A stretch of 64,000 bases of DNA, taken from NCBI GenBank assembly GCA_947501605.1, contig CANMWZ010000004.1, positions 143,349-207,348 of the forward strand, written 5' to 3'. The notes beneath the pieces were generated by a model. It saw nothing but the letters and a program-made list of their open reading frames with translations. It did no database searches and had not been told where the DNA came from. Source of the DNA: Planctomycetota bacterium (GTDB taxonomy: Bacteria; Planctomycetota; UBA1135; UBA2386). The translations under genes were made by a program, and so were the position numbers. This document shows, piece by piece, positions 50,703 through 59,481 of this stretch. The stretch's first letter is position 1; every line of letters begins with the position of its first letter.

Positions 50703-51044
50703 CGGTAGGTCGCTTGCATCGCCGCCATCGTCGCAGCGGTGGTTCTGGAAACACCGCGCGGCCATGGCCACGCGCCCCTCCCTGGTCCATTGCCGGTCGA
50801 GGAGCCTTGCCATAGCACCCGGGTGCCTCATCACACGGCGCCTTGGCAACCGAGGCTACCGCGGGCAGCAACAGGTGCCATCGCGTCGTTGGGGTCGCTT
50901 GTCGCCGGTCGGGTCCTGGCTATAGTCCGGCCCGGCCCTCGCGCGGACCGGAAGGTCGCGATCGTCACCACTTCGGGCCTACGTTCTGCTGGCCGCAATG
51001 GCCGGCGACGGCCTGTCCGCACTGCCAAACCCGGATCTATCGCC

Positions 51045-52394
51045 ATGCCAGCCCCCGCCTCTCCTTCGCCTCGCCCGTGGCGCGGCATCGATGTCCCGCC
51101 GTCGATTCTCGAGCTGCCGAGGATGCTCTATGAGGACGAGCGTCGCTACCTCACTTGGCTGACGAAGTCCCAGTACCAGGGATGGGGCGCAATCGTGGAC
51201 CTTGGCTGCTGGCTCGGCTGCAGCACGGTGTGCATGGCTGAGGGCCTTCGCCAGTCGGGCAAGCAAGGCAAGGTCGCTGCCTTCGATCTGTTCGAGTGGG
51301 ACCCGGGCTACATGGCTCAGGATGCGCCGGGTGTGCAGCTGCCGTACGGCGGCGACTTCATGCCGGAGTTTCATCGCCTCACGGCGCCGTGGAAGGACCG
51401 CATTGCGGCCGAGAAGGTGGACCTGTTCGGCTACCGCTGGGAACGCGGTCCGATCGAGATCCTGTTCGTCGATGCCGCCAAGTCGTGGGGGCTTCTGAAC
51501 CACATTCTGCGCGGGTTTGCCGATGCGATCGTGCCGGGCAAGACGCGCATCGTGTTCCAGGATTATCGGCTGCCGATGTGCCTGTGGTTGCCGTTGGTGA
51601 CCATGACCAGGCCCGATCTCTGGCAAGAGATCGAGAACACCACGAACGGCACGACGGCAACGTTTCTCGCCCGTCGGCCGTTGTTTGGTGAAGGTGGGAT
51701 CGGTGGCGACTACTGGCCGGAGTCCTTTGACTTCGCGACGGCGGATCGCGTTCTGCGCGAGCGCCTGAGGTCCGACCCCGACGGCAAGACCTCCTACTCG
51801 GAAACGCTGGTGCGCGTGGCGCGCATGTACGGCAGCGAGGCGGATGTCGTGCGCGCCCGCGCCGTCGTCGACGGCTGCGATTTCTCGCAGCAGTATCGGC
51901 TTCCCGCGGATCGTCTCGAAGAGGTCGCCGGCGATCTGGTGCCCGCCGCGTGGCGCGCCTGCGAGCGTCGCGACTACGAGGCGGCGATGCGATTTGCCCG
52001 TCGCAGCACCGAAGGGCCGGCGCCGTCGCCCTGGGCCCACGGCCCGCTCGGGATGGCGTTGCTCGCTACGGGCAAACTGGCCGAAGCCGAGCGCGAGTTC
52101 CTACGCATGCACCAGGCGTTGCCGGACTGTCGCCAGCCGCTGGTCTATCTGGCCGACGTGCAGTCGCAGCAGGGTCGCGATCGCGAGGCCCTGTCGATGC
52201 TGGCGCGCGTGCTGCCGACGCTCGACGCGGACCCGTCCGATGCGGGCTATGCCTTTGCCTTGCTGCGCCGCATCGGCGAGCGCACCGAGCTCCGTCGCGA
52301 AGCGGCAACGCTGGCGCTGTCGGCAAGTGTCAAGGTGCGGAGCCTGCCGAGCGTGGGGAAGGACTTCGAGTTCTTGGCTCGACTGGTTGGCTGA
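51045..52394 (+). CDS. Class I SAM-dependent methyltransferase with C-terminal TPR-like repeats
   Basis: IVDLGCWLGCST, FDLF, IEILFVDAAK and FQDY; helical repeats (LGMALLATGKLAEAEREF, LADVQSQQGRDREAL). Confidence 0.8.
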   Translation: MPAPASPSPRPWRGIDVPPSILELPRMLYEDERRYLTWLTKSQYQGWGAIVDLGCWLGCSTVCMAEGLRQSGKQGKVAAFDLFEWDPGYMAQDAPGVQLPYGGDFMPEFHRLTAPWKDRIAAEKVDLFGYRWERGPIEILFVDAAKSWGLLNHILRGFADAIVPGKTRIVFQDYRLPMCLWLPLVTMTRPDLWQEIENTTNGTTATFLARRPLFGEGGIGGDYWPESFDFATADRVLRERLRSDPDGKTSYSETLVRVARMYGSEADVVRARAVVDGCDFSQQYRLPADRLEEVAGDLVPAAWRACERRDYEAAMRFARRSTEGPAPSPWAHGPLGMALLATGKLAEAEREFLRMHQALPDCRQPLVYLADVQSQQGRDREALSMLARVLPTLDADPSDAGYAFALLRRIGERTELRREAATLALSASVKVRSLPSVGKDFEFLARLVG

Positions 52395-52687
52395 CCGGGA
52401 GCCCGCAGTCATCGTCCGCGGTGCTGGTGGTTGGGCGCCGCGTGTTGGGTGCCGGGGCGCGCCTTGCTACGGTGGTCCCCCGTAGGTTGGTCTGCGGCAT
52501 CGTGGTCGGCGAGACGACGGCCGCGCCCGTGCTGCCCCTAGTGGCCGCCGATGGCAGTTGCCGCGCGCTCTCGGGTGGCGCCTCGGCCACGAGCCTCGGG
52601 ATTGGGCCCGGCGCCACCGGCACCGCTCTGCGGGCAACGCCAAGCCCGCGCTTGCTCCTCGCCCGGTGCGCGGATAGCCAAACTCCT

Positions 52688-55600
52688 ATGCCCCCGTTCC
52701 ATCACGCCTCTCTGTCGCTTCTCATCGCGATTCCGCTGTTGGCGCAGGAGCCCGCGCCGGCCGCAGCGCCGAACGAGCCGCCGAGCCCGATCCCCTCGGT
52801 CTTGCTCGACACCTGCGACTGGCGTCTCGTTGGCCCCTTCCGCGGCGGGCGGGTTGCAGCTGTGGCTGGTGTGCCGCAGTCGCGCGACACCTACTACATG
52901 GGTTCCGTCGGTGGTGGGGTGTGGAAGACCACGGACAGCGGCGCCACTTGGAAGAACGTCAGCGACGGTTTCTTCGGCGGTTCGATCGGCGCCGTTGCGG
53001 TCGCCGCCAGCAACCCCGAGGTGCTGTACGTCGGCGGCGGCGAGAAGACCTGGCGCGGCAACGTCAGCAGCGGCGACGGCATGTGGAAGTCCACGGATGC
53101 GGGTGCGACGTGGACCTTCCTCGGTCTGCCCGACAGTCGGCACATCAGCCGCATTCGCATCGACCCGAAGGACGACCAGCGCGTGTTCGCCGCGGTGATG
53201 GGGCACGTCAGCGGACCCAATCAAGAACGCGGGGTCTATCGCTCGATCGACGGCGGCTCGACGTGGGAGCGGGTGCTGTTTGCCAACGAGTTTGCTGGTG
53301 CCGTCGATCTCTGCTTCGAACCCGGCAACGCGCAAGTCCTCTACGCCAGCACCTGGCGCGCGCAGCGACTGCCGCACCGGTTCGACAGCGGTGGCGACGG
53401 CAGTGCCCTGTGGAAGTCGACCGATGGCGGCACGACTTGGACCAACCTCTCCGAGCAGAAGGGCATGCCCAAGGGGCCGCTCGGCATCATCGGCGTGTGC
53501 GTTTCCCCCGCCGAACCGGCGCGCGTTTGGGCCTTGGTCGAAGCCGAGGGTGGTGGGTTGCTTCGCAGCGACGACCGCGGCGACACGTGGACGCGCGTCA
53601 ACGAGGAGCGCTCCCTGCGTCAGCGGGCGTGGTACTACTCGCGCTGCTTTGCCGACCCCAAAGACAAGAACGTGGTGTACGTGCTCAACGTGTCGATGCA
53701 CAAGTCGACCGACGGTGGCGCGACGTTCCATCAGATCGGCACGCCGCACAGCGACAACCACGACCTCTGGATCGACCCAGCCGACAGTCTGCGAATGATC
53801 GAGAGCAACGACGGCGGTGCCTGCGTGTCGACGGACGGTGCAAAGTCGTGGTCGACGCAAGGCAACCAGCCCACGGCGCAGTTCTATCGCGTGACGACCG
53901 ACAGCGCCGCGCCCTACCGCATCTACGCCGCGCAGCAGGACAACAGTGCAATGCGTATTCGCCACCGCAGTCGTTCCGCTGGCATCGCTCGCGAGGACTT
54001 CGAGTCGACGGCCGGCGCGGAGAGCGGCTGGCTGGCACCCAAGCCTGGCGATCCCGAGGTCGTGTTCGGCGGCAACTACGGCGGACTGCTCGAACGTCGC
54101 GACCACCGTGCCCAGTTGTCACGCCGCGTGGACGTGTGGCCCGACAACCCGCTTGGTGCTGGCGCCGACGCGATGCGCTACCGCTTCCAGTGGAACTTCC
54201 CGATCCTGTTCTCGCCGCACGACAACAACCTGCTCTACGCCGCCAGCAACGTGCTGTTCTCGAGCCGAGACGAAGGCCACACGTGGCAGGCGATCAGCCC
54301 GGACCTCACGCGCAATGATGCCGAACGTCAGGTCTCGTCGGGCGGGCCGATCACGCAGGACAACACCGGTGTCGAGTACTACTGCACGATCTTCACCGTC
54401 GCCGAGTCGCCGGTGCAAGCGGGCGTGATCTGGTGCGGCAGTGACGATGGCCTCGTGCACGTCACGCGCGATGGCGGCAAAGAGTGGCAGAAGGTCACGC
54501 CGCCCGAGTTGCCCGAGTGGACCCAAGTCAACTGCATCGAGGCCGATCCGTTCGACGCCGGCACCTGCTACGTCGCGGCGACGCGCTACAAGCTCGATGA
54601 CTTTGCGCCATACCTGTTCGTGACGCGCGACTTCGGCGCCACGTGGCAGCCGATCACGCGCGGCATCGAGAACGGCTGGTTCGTGCGCTGCGTTCGTGCC
54701 GACCCAGTGAAGCAGGGGCTGCTGTTTGCCGGTACCGAGCGAACCGTGTGGATGTCGCTCGACGGCGGCATGCTGTGGCAGCGCTTTCAGCGAAACCTAC
54801 CGCTCAGCCCGATCGCCGATCTGTGCATCAAGGACGGCGCGCTCATCGCGGCGACGCAAGGGCGTTCGATCTGGTCGTTCGACCATCTGCCGCACTTGCG
54901 TCAGCTCGAACCGCAGCAGGCGCTTTCGCCGGTGGTGTTGTTTGAGTCCGTGCCGCACGTGCAGTTTCCGGGTGGGGACGACGAGCAACCTGGTCAGGGC
55001 AAGAACCCCAGCAAGTCGCCGATCGTGCGCATCTTTGCCGCCGGCGACGGTGCCGAGCCGCTGACTGTCGCTTGCAAGCTGGAGATCACGGATCCCGACG
55101 GCAAGGTCGCGTTCACGCGCAACAGCGCGGCCGAGAAGGACGAGGACAAGCTCGTGCTCAAGCCCGGCATGAACACCGTGAAGTGGGAATGGAAAGGCGA
55201 AGAGGCCAAGAGCTTTGAGGGCATGGTGCTGTGGAACGGGAGCCTCTCCGGGCCGCGCCAGCACATGCCAGGCGTTTACCAAGTGCGTCTCGACTTCGGC
55301 GATACGACCCATGCATCGACGCTCCACATCGTCCCCGACCCGCGCAGCACGGCGACCGAAGCGGACCTGCAAGACCGCCATCGCTTCGTTCAGCAATGCC
55401 GCGACACGATCGACACGGCGCACAAGGCCATCGAGACGATCCGTTCGCTGCGCACGCAGATGTCTGCGGTGACGGCGCGCAGCAGCGGCGACGGCAAGAC
55501 GCAGCTCGCACAAAAGCAGAAGGCAGTGGAGGACGCGCTCCTGACCATCGAGGAAGCCCTCTACCAGACTAAGTCGAAGAGCAATCAAGACCCGCTCAAC

Positions 55601-55810
55601 TACCCGATCAAGTTGACGGACAAGCTCGCAGGCGTGATGTCGGCGGCCAACGGGGCACTGTTTGCGCCGACGGCGGCGCAGCAGGCGGTGGGGGCAGAGC
55701 TGACCGCGGCGATCGACGCGGAGTTGGCGAAGTACGAAGCGGTGCGCGCGGACGGGGTGGTGGCGTTCAATGCGCTGGCGCGGCAGTTGGAAGTGCCGTA
55801 TGTGCAGTGA
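52688..55810 (+). CDS. Secreted VPS10/BNR(Asp-box)-repeat glycosyl hydrolase-like protein
   Basis: Signal peptide, WRLVGPFRGGR, many SxDGGxTW repeats and a C-terminal helical region. Confidence 0.92.
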   Translation: MPPFHHASLSLLIAIPLLAQEPAPAAAPNEPPSPIPSVLLDTCDWRLVGPFRGGRVAAVAGVPQSRDTYYMGSVGGGVWKTTDSGATWKNVSDGFFGGSIGAVAVAASNPEVLYVGGGEKTWRGNVSSGDGMWKSTDAGATWTFLGLPDSRHISRIRIDPKDDQRVFAAVMGHVSGPNQERGVYRSIDGGSTWERVLFANEFAGAVDLCFEPGNAQVLYASTWRAQRLPHRFDSGGDGSALWKSTDGGTTWTNLSEQKGMPKGPLGIIGVCVSPAEPARVWALVEAEGGGLLRSDDRGDTWTRVNEERSLRQRAWYYSRCFADPKDKNVVYVLNVSMHKSTDGGATFHQIGTPHSDNHDLWIDPADSLRMIESNDGGACVSTDGAKSWSTQGNQPTAQFYRVTTDSAAPYRIYAAQQDNSAMRIRHRSRSAGIAREDFESTAGAESGWLAPKPGDPEVVFGGNYGGLLERRDHRAQLSRRVDVWPDNPLGAGADAMRYRFQWNFPILFSPHDNNLLYAASNVLFSSRDEGHTWQAISPDLTRNDAERQVSSGGPITQDNTGVEYYCTIFTVAESPVQAGVIWCGSDDGLVHVTRDGGKEWQKVTPPELPEWTQVNCIEADPFDAGTCYVAATRYKLDDFAPYLFVTRDFGATWQPITRGIENGWFVRCVRADPVKQGLLFAGTERTVWMSLDGGMLWQRFQRNLPLSPIADLCIKDGALIAATQGRSIWSFDHLPHLRQLEPQQALSPVVLFESVPHVQFPGGDDEQPGQGKNPSKSPIVRIFAAGDGAEPLTVACKLEITDPDGKVAFTRNSAAEKDEDKLVLKPGMNTVKWEWKGEEAKSFEGMVLWNGSLSGPRQHMPGVYQVRLDFGDTTHASTLHIVPDPRSTATEADLQDRHRFVQQCRDTIDTAHKAIETIRSLRTQMSAVTARSSGDGKTQLAQKQKAVEDALLTIEEALYQTKSKSNQDPLNYPIKLTDKLAGVMSAANGALFAPTAAQQAVGAELTAAIDAELAKYEAVRADGVVAFNALARQLEVPYVQ

Positions 55811-56014
55811 GGCATCGCAATCGACCGGGAGCGCGAGCCTACAGTCGGCTTGACTCACGCGGACGATGGCGACCTCGGCTTCTGCGGGCACGCCCCGCAG
55901 TCCGAAGCCGAGTGTGCGAGTGGGTGGCGCGTTGCAGGCTACGAGCCAGCCGGGGAACACAAGGACGAGGTGACGCTCCGGGTCGCGAGCTTCCGCGAAC
56001 GCGCGCGGGCGGAC

Positions 56015-57712
56015 TCAGCTTTCGTTCACGGGCGGCTGTCTGCCGTTCCAAACGGTCACGACGGCCTCGCCGGTGATCCACACGGCGAGTGCGAGCAGCA
56101 CGATGGCGACCGACAGCATCACCGCGTCGGTCGCATTGCCGATCTGGTAGCACAGCGCGCTCACGGTCATGCCCATCATGAACACCATGGGCACCGCGAC
56201 GAGCCACTGCACCAGCCGCGGTCGTCCGGTCCGGCGAAGCCACAGCAAGAGGCCCAACAGCGTCAGCCCCGCGAGCAGTTGGTTGGTCGAGCCGAACAGT
56301 GGCCAGATGACCTTGTAGGCCGGGATCACGTTGCCGGCGCCATCGCGCGCTGTCTGCGCCACGAACCAGAATGGCAACGCCAACGAGACCGCGGTACCGA
56401 CGAGGCCGCCCATCTGCGTCTTCCAGCCCGTCCACTCGGTGAAGAGGTAGCGCGCCAACCGCGTTGCGACGTCGAGCGTGTCGTAGACGAAGGTCGCGAA
56501 CGCAAGCATGCCAAAGGTCACGGCGAACTGCAGCGGCACGCCGAGTTCGTGCAGAAACGTGCCGATGCCGAGGCCGAAGATCTTGTCCGGCGGTTGCTTG
56601 GCTACGCTGCTGCCCGGTTGCAGGATCATCACGCACGCGAGCGCCAGGATCGCAACGACGCCTTCGAGCAGCATGCCGCCGTAGCCGACGAGGTGCGCGT
56701 CGGTTTCCTTGTCGACCTGCTTGCTGGTCGTTCCCGAGCAGACCAAGCCGTGGAAGCCACTGCAGGCGCCGCAGGCGATGGTGATGAACAAGAACGGCAC
56801 CATCGGTTGGCCCGGCTTGGGCTCGAACGCGGTGAACGAAGGCCACGCGATTTCAGGGTTTGCGATCAGCAAGCCAAGCAAGCCACCGAGCAGCGTGAGG
56901 TAGAGAAAGAACCCGCCGAGATAGCCGCGGGGCTGCAGCAGGAGCCACACCGGCAGCATCGAGGCGATCGCGCAGTAGCCAAGGATCAGCCACGCCCACC
57001 ACAACGACGGCACGTCGCCGGTGGCGGCGAGATCGAGGGGCAACTGCGGACCGAGGTAGATCGCGAGGCCAACGGCGGGCACGAACACCGCGGTGCTGAG
57101 CCAGAGTGGCCAACGCCAGTAGCGCACACAGAGGCCCATCAGCAGGCTCAGGCCCAGATACATCATCGAGCTCGACGCTACGCCGGCGCCCGGAACGCGC
57201 AGCTTGCCGAGCTCCGCCGCCGGCAGTGCGATGTCGAGCACTTCGACGAACGCGCGCGCGGTCACATCGGTGAACGCCACGATCACGTAGACCAGCGCGA
57301 GCCAGATGTAGACGGTGAACACCGAGTAGCTGCGCGCATTGCAGTTCTTCTGCAGGATGCCAGCGATCGAACAGGCGCCGTGGCGGATCGACCCGACCAG
57401 CGAGGCAAAGTCGTGCATCGAGCCGATGAAGATGCAGCCGAGCACGATCCACCAGAATGCGGGCTCCCAGCCGAACAGGCTGGCGGCGAGGATCGGCCCG
57501 GCGATCGGTCCGGCCGCCGAGATTGCCGAGAAGTGCTGCGACAGCAGGTAGAACTTGTTCGTCGGGACGAAGTCCGCCCCGTCCTGGTGCGTGTGGGCCG
57601 GGGTCGTGTTCTGGCGGTCGAGGCCGAACAGTCGGCTCAGCAGGCGACCGTAGACGGTGTAGGCGAGCGCAAACGCCGCGAGCACGCACAGCACGAGGAC
57701 AGAGAGCGACAT
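56015..57712 (-). CDS. cstA: Carbon starvation protein A family transporter
   Basis: TPAH..DG.DFVPT, HFSAISAAGPIAGP, LPVWLLLQPRGY, ITIACGACSGFH and IWPLFGSTNQLL. Confidence 0.93.
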   Translation of the reverse strand: MSLSVLVLCVLAAFALAYTVYGRLLSRLFGLDRQNTTPAHTHQDGADFVPTNKFYLLSQHFSAISAAGPIAGPILAASLFGWEPAFWWIVLGCIFIGSMHDFASLVGSIRHGACSIAGILQKNCNARSYSVFTVYIWLALVYVIVAFTDVTARAFVEVLDIALPAAELGKLRVPGAGVASSSMMYLGLSLLMGLCVRYWRWPLWLSTAVFVPAVGLAIYLGPQLPLDLAATGDVPSLWWAWLILGYCAIASMLPVWLLLQPRGYLGGFFLYLTLLGGLLGLLIANPEIAWPSFTAFEPKPGQPMVPFLFITIACGACSGFHGLVCSGTTSKQVDKETDAHLVGYGGMLLEGVVAILALACVMILQPGSSVAKQPPDKIFGLGIGTFLHELGVPLQFAVTFGMLAFATFVYDTLDVATRLARYLFTEWTGWKTQMGGLVGTAVSLALPFWFVAQTARDGAGNVIPAYKVIWPLFGSTNQLLAGLTLLGLLLWLRRTGRPRLVQWLVAVPMVFMMGMTVSALCYQIGNATDAVMLSVAIVLLALAVWITGEAVVTVWNGRQPPVNES

Positions 57713-57813
57713 TGCCGTGGCAGCATGGCTGAAGGGCTGGCCCCGCTCAAGGCGCGGCCCACGGTGGCTGCAGGAAGGATGGTTGCGCGCGGCCTAGCGG
57801 CTTCAATGGGACC

Positions 57814-58659
57814 ATGAGTGAACTGCAATGGGTGCGAACGCGGCGCGGCGAGGTGTGCACGCAGGGTGCGCAGGTGACGCGGTTCTGGCAGGTCGGCGGC
57901 GACGACGTGCTGTTCTTGAGCCGCACGAGCCAGTTCCAACCGGGCGTCCCGATTCGGGGTGGCGTGCCGCTGGTGTTTCCGTGGTTCGGCGACTACCCAG
58001 TCGGACTCGACCCCGAGCGGCGCGGGCGACCGGCGCACGGCTTCGCGCGGCGCCTGCCGTGGCGCGTGGTCGAACAGACCGAAGGCGACCACGGCATCGC
58101 CCGCTTGATGTTCGAGTTGCGCGATGACGCTGCGACCAGGGCGATGTGGCCGCACCAGTTCTTGGCCAAGCTCCTGGTGTCCTTTGGCGACGTGCTGCGG
58201 CTCGAGCTATCGATCGACAACCAAGGCGCCGAGCCTTTCCGCTTCGAGGCGCTGTTGCACACCTATCTCCGGGTCGGCGACGTCGCCCAGTGCGCGATCG
58301 GCGGACTGGAAGACGCGTGGAGCTATGACAAGACCAACGGCAACGCGCTGCATCGGGAGGGGACTGGGCCGCTTCGCTTCACTGGCGAGGTCGATCGGAC
58401 CTTCTGCGGCAACGACGCCCTCTGCGTGCTGGAGGACCCACAGTTGCGCCGCCGGATCACGGTGCGAAAGGAGGGCGCGCGGTCGACTGTGATCTGGAAT
58501 CCAGGTCCCGTGCGGGCCGCCAAGCTCGCCGACCTCGGCGACGCTTGGCCGCAGTTCGTCTGCATCGAGAGCGGCAACGTCATGGACGACGCGATCACGC
58601 TGCCGCCGGGCGAACGCCACGTGTTCGCGGCGACGATCGAGTGCACGCCGCTGCGTTGA
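57814..58659 (+). CDS. D-hexose-6-phosphate mutarotase (aldose 1-epimerase family)
   Basis: IRGGVPLVFPWFG, HGFAR, LHTY, EVDR, VIWNP and FVCIE. Confidence 0.92.
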   Translation: MSELQWVRTRRGEVCTQGAQVTRFWQVGGDDVLFLSRTSQFQPGVPIRGGVPLVFPWFGDYPVGLDPERRGRPAHGFARRLPWRVVEQTEGDHGIARLMFELRDDAATRAMWPHQFLAKLLVSFGDVLRLELSIDNQGAEPFRFEALLHTYLRVGDVAQCAIGGLEDAWSYDKTNGNALHREGTGPLRFTGEVDRTFCGNDALCVLEDPQLRRRITVRKEGARSTVIWNPGPVRAAKLADLGDAWPQFVCIESGNVMDDAITLPPGERHVFAATIECTPLR

Positions 58660-58681
58660 AGCGCGGGCGGCGGCGGGTCGA

Positions 58682-58942
58682 TCAGGACCCGCGCATAGGC
58701 TCGCTGCCGTCGGGCAGGAGCCCGGTGAGCTTGCGGGCATGATCTACGAGTCGACCGAGCACCTCGACGCAGGGGTCGCAGTTGCTGCCGCAACACCAGC
58801 GCCAATCGTCATCGGGCTTCTGGCGGTGTTGCAGCGCGAACTGCACGTAGCCCGGATCGAGTCCTTTCTGGCGGCAGTGCTCGCGCAGTGCCTGCTCCAG
58901 CGCGAAGTCGTCGTGCGGACGAAGGGGACCTTCGGCACTCAC
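58682..58942 (-). CDS. Small Cys-motif protein (CCGSxCxPCV, Oxidored-like)
   Basis: GTG 58942 overlaps the parvulin stop (GTGA); WCCGSNCDPCV motif; 86 aa. Confidence 0.7.
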   Translation of the reverse strand: MSAEGPLRPHDDFALEQALREHCRQKGLDPGYVQFALQHRQKPDDDWRWCCGSNCDPCVEVLGRLVDHARKLTGLLPDGSEPMRGS

Positions 58943-59394
58943 TTCACACGCTTGATGATGTGCCAGCCGAACGGGCTCGCGCCCGGTTCGAAGGGCGCCA
59001 CGCCGATCTCGCCGACTTTCAGGCGGAACCCGACGTTGCCAAAGGCCGCGACCATGGCGCCGCGTCCTTTCTTGGTCATGGGATACTCGCCGCCGCCGCC
59101 ATCGTTGCTGTGGGTCTTCATCAGCGCCTTGAAGTCCGCGCCGGCGATGGCTTCGTTCCACACCTTCTCGGCCAGGACCTTGGCCTCGTCCTTGGTGCGC
59201 GTGACGTTGGGCACGCCAGCCCCCTGAAACGACAGCAGCACGTGCTGCACCGTGATTGCCTCGTCGGGCTGCTCGGGCTTGGCCATGAGCGTTGCGATGG
59301 CCGCATCCATCGACGCGGGAGTGCCGCCACCGCCGCAGGCGGCGAGGCTGAGGAGAAGGGCGGAGACCAGAGTCGATCGTGGGGCTAGGAGCAT
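58939..59394 (-). CDS. Parvulin-type peptidyl-prolyl isomerase lipoprotein
   Basis: Lipobox SLAAC; VQHVLLSF, RTKDEA, MVAAF and SPFGWHIIKR. Confidence 0.9.
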   Translation of the reverse strand: MLLAPRSTLVSALLLSLAACGGGGTPASMDAAIATLMAKPEQPDEAITVQHVLLSFQGAGVPNVTRTKDEAKVLAEKVWNEAIAGADFKALMKTHSNDGGGGEYPMTKKGRGAMVAAFGNVGFRLKVGEIGVAPFEPGASPFGWHIIKRVK

Positions 59395-59481
59395 GGACGG
59401 GAACCCTACCGCGCCTCGTCGGGCGAGGGAACCTCGCGGCCCGAGGTCCCGACTGGCAAAGTCTGATCTCAGGATTCCACC

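Noticed and set aside
51950..52687. N-terminal extension of the VPS10-like ORF (1286 aa)
   Set aside because: It overlaps the upstream gene and is low-complexity; the signal peptide begins at ATG 52688.
55850..57817. 655-aa plus-strand ORF
   Set aside because: Antisense shadow of cstA.
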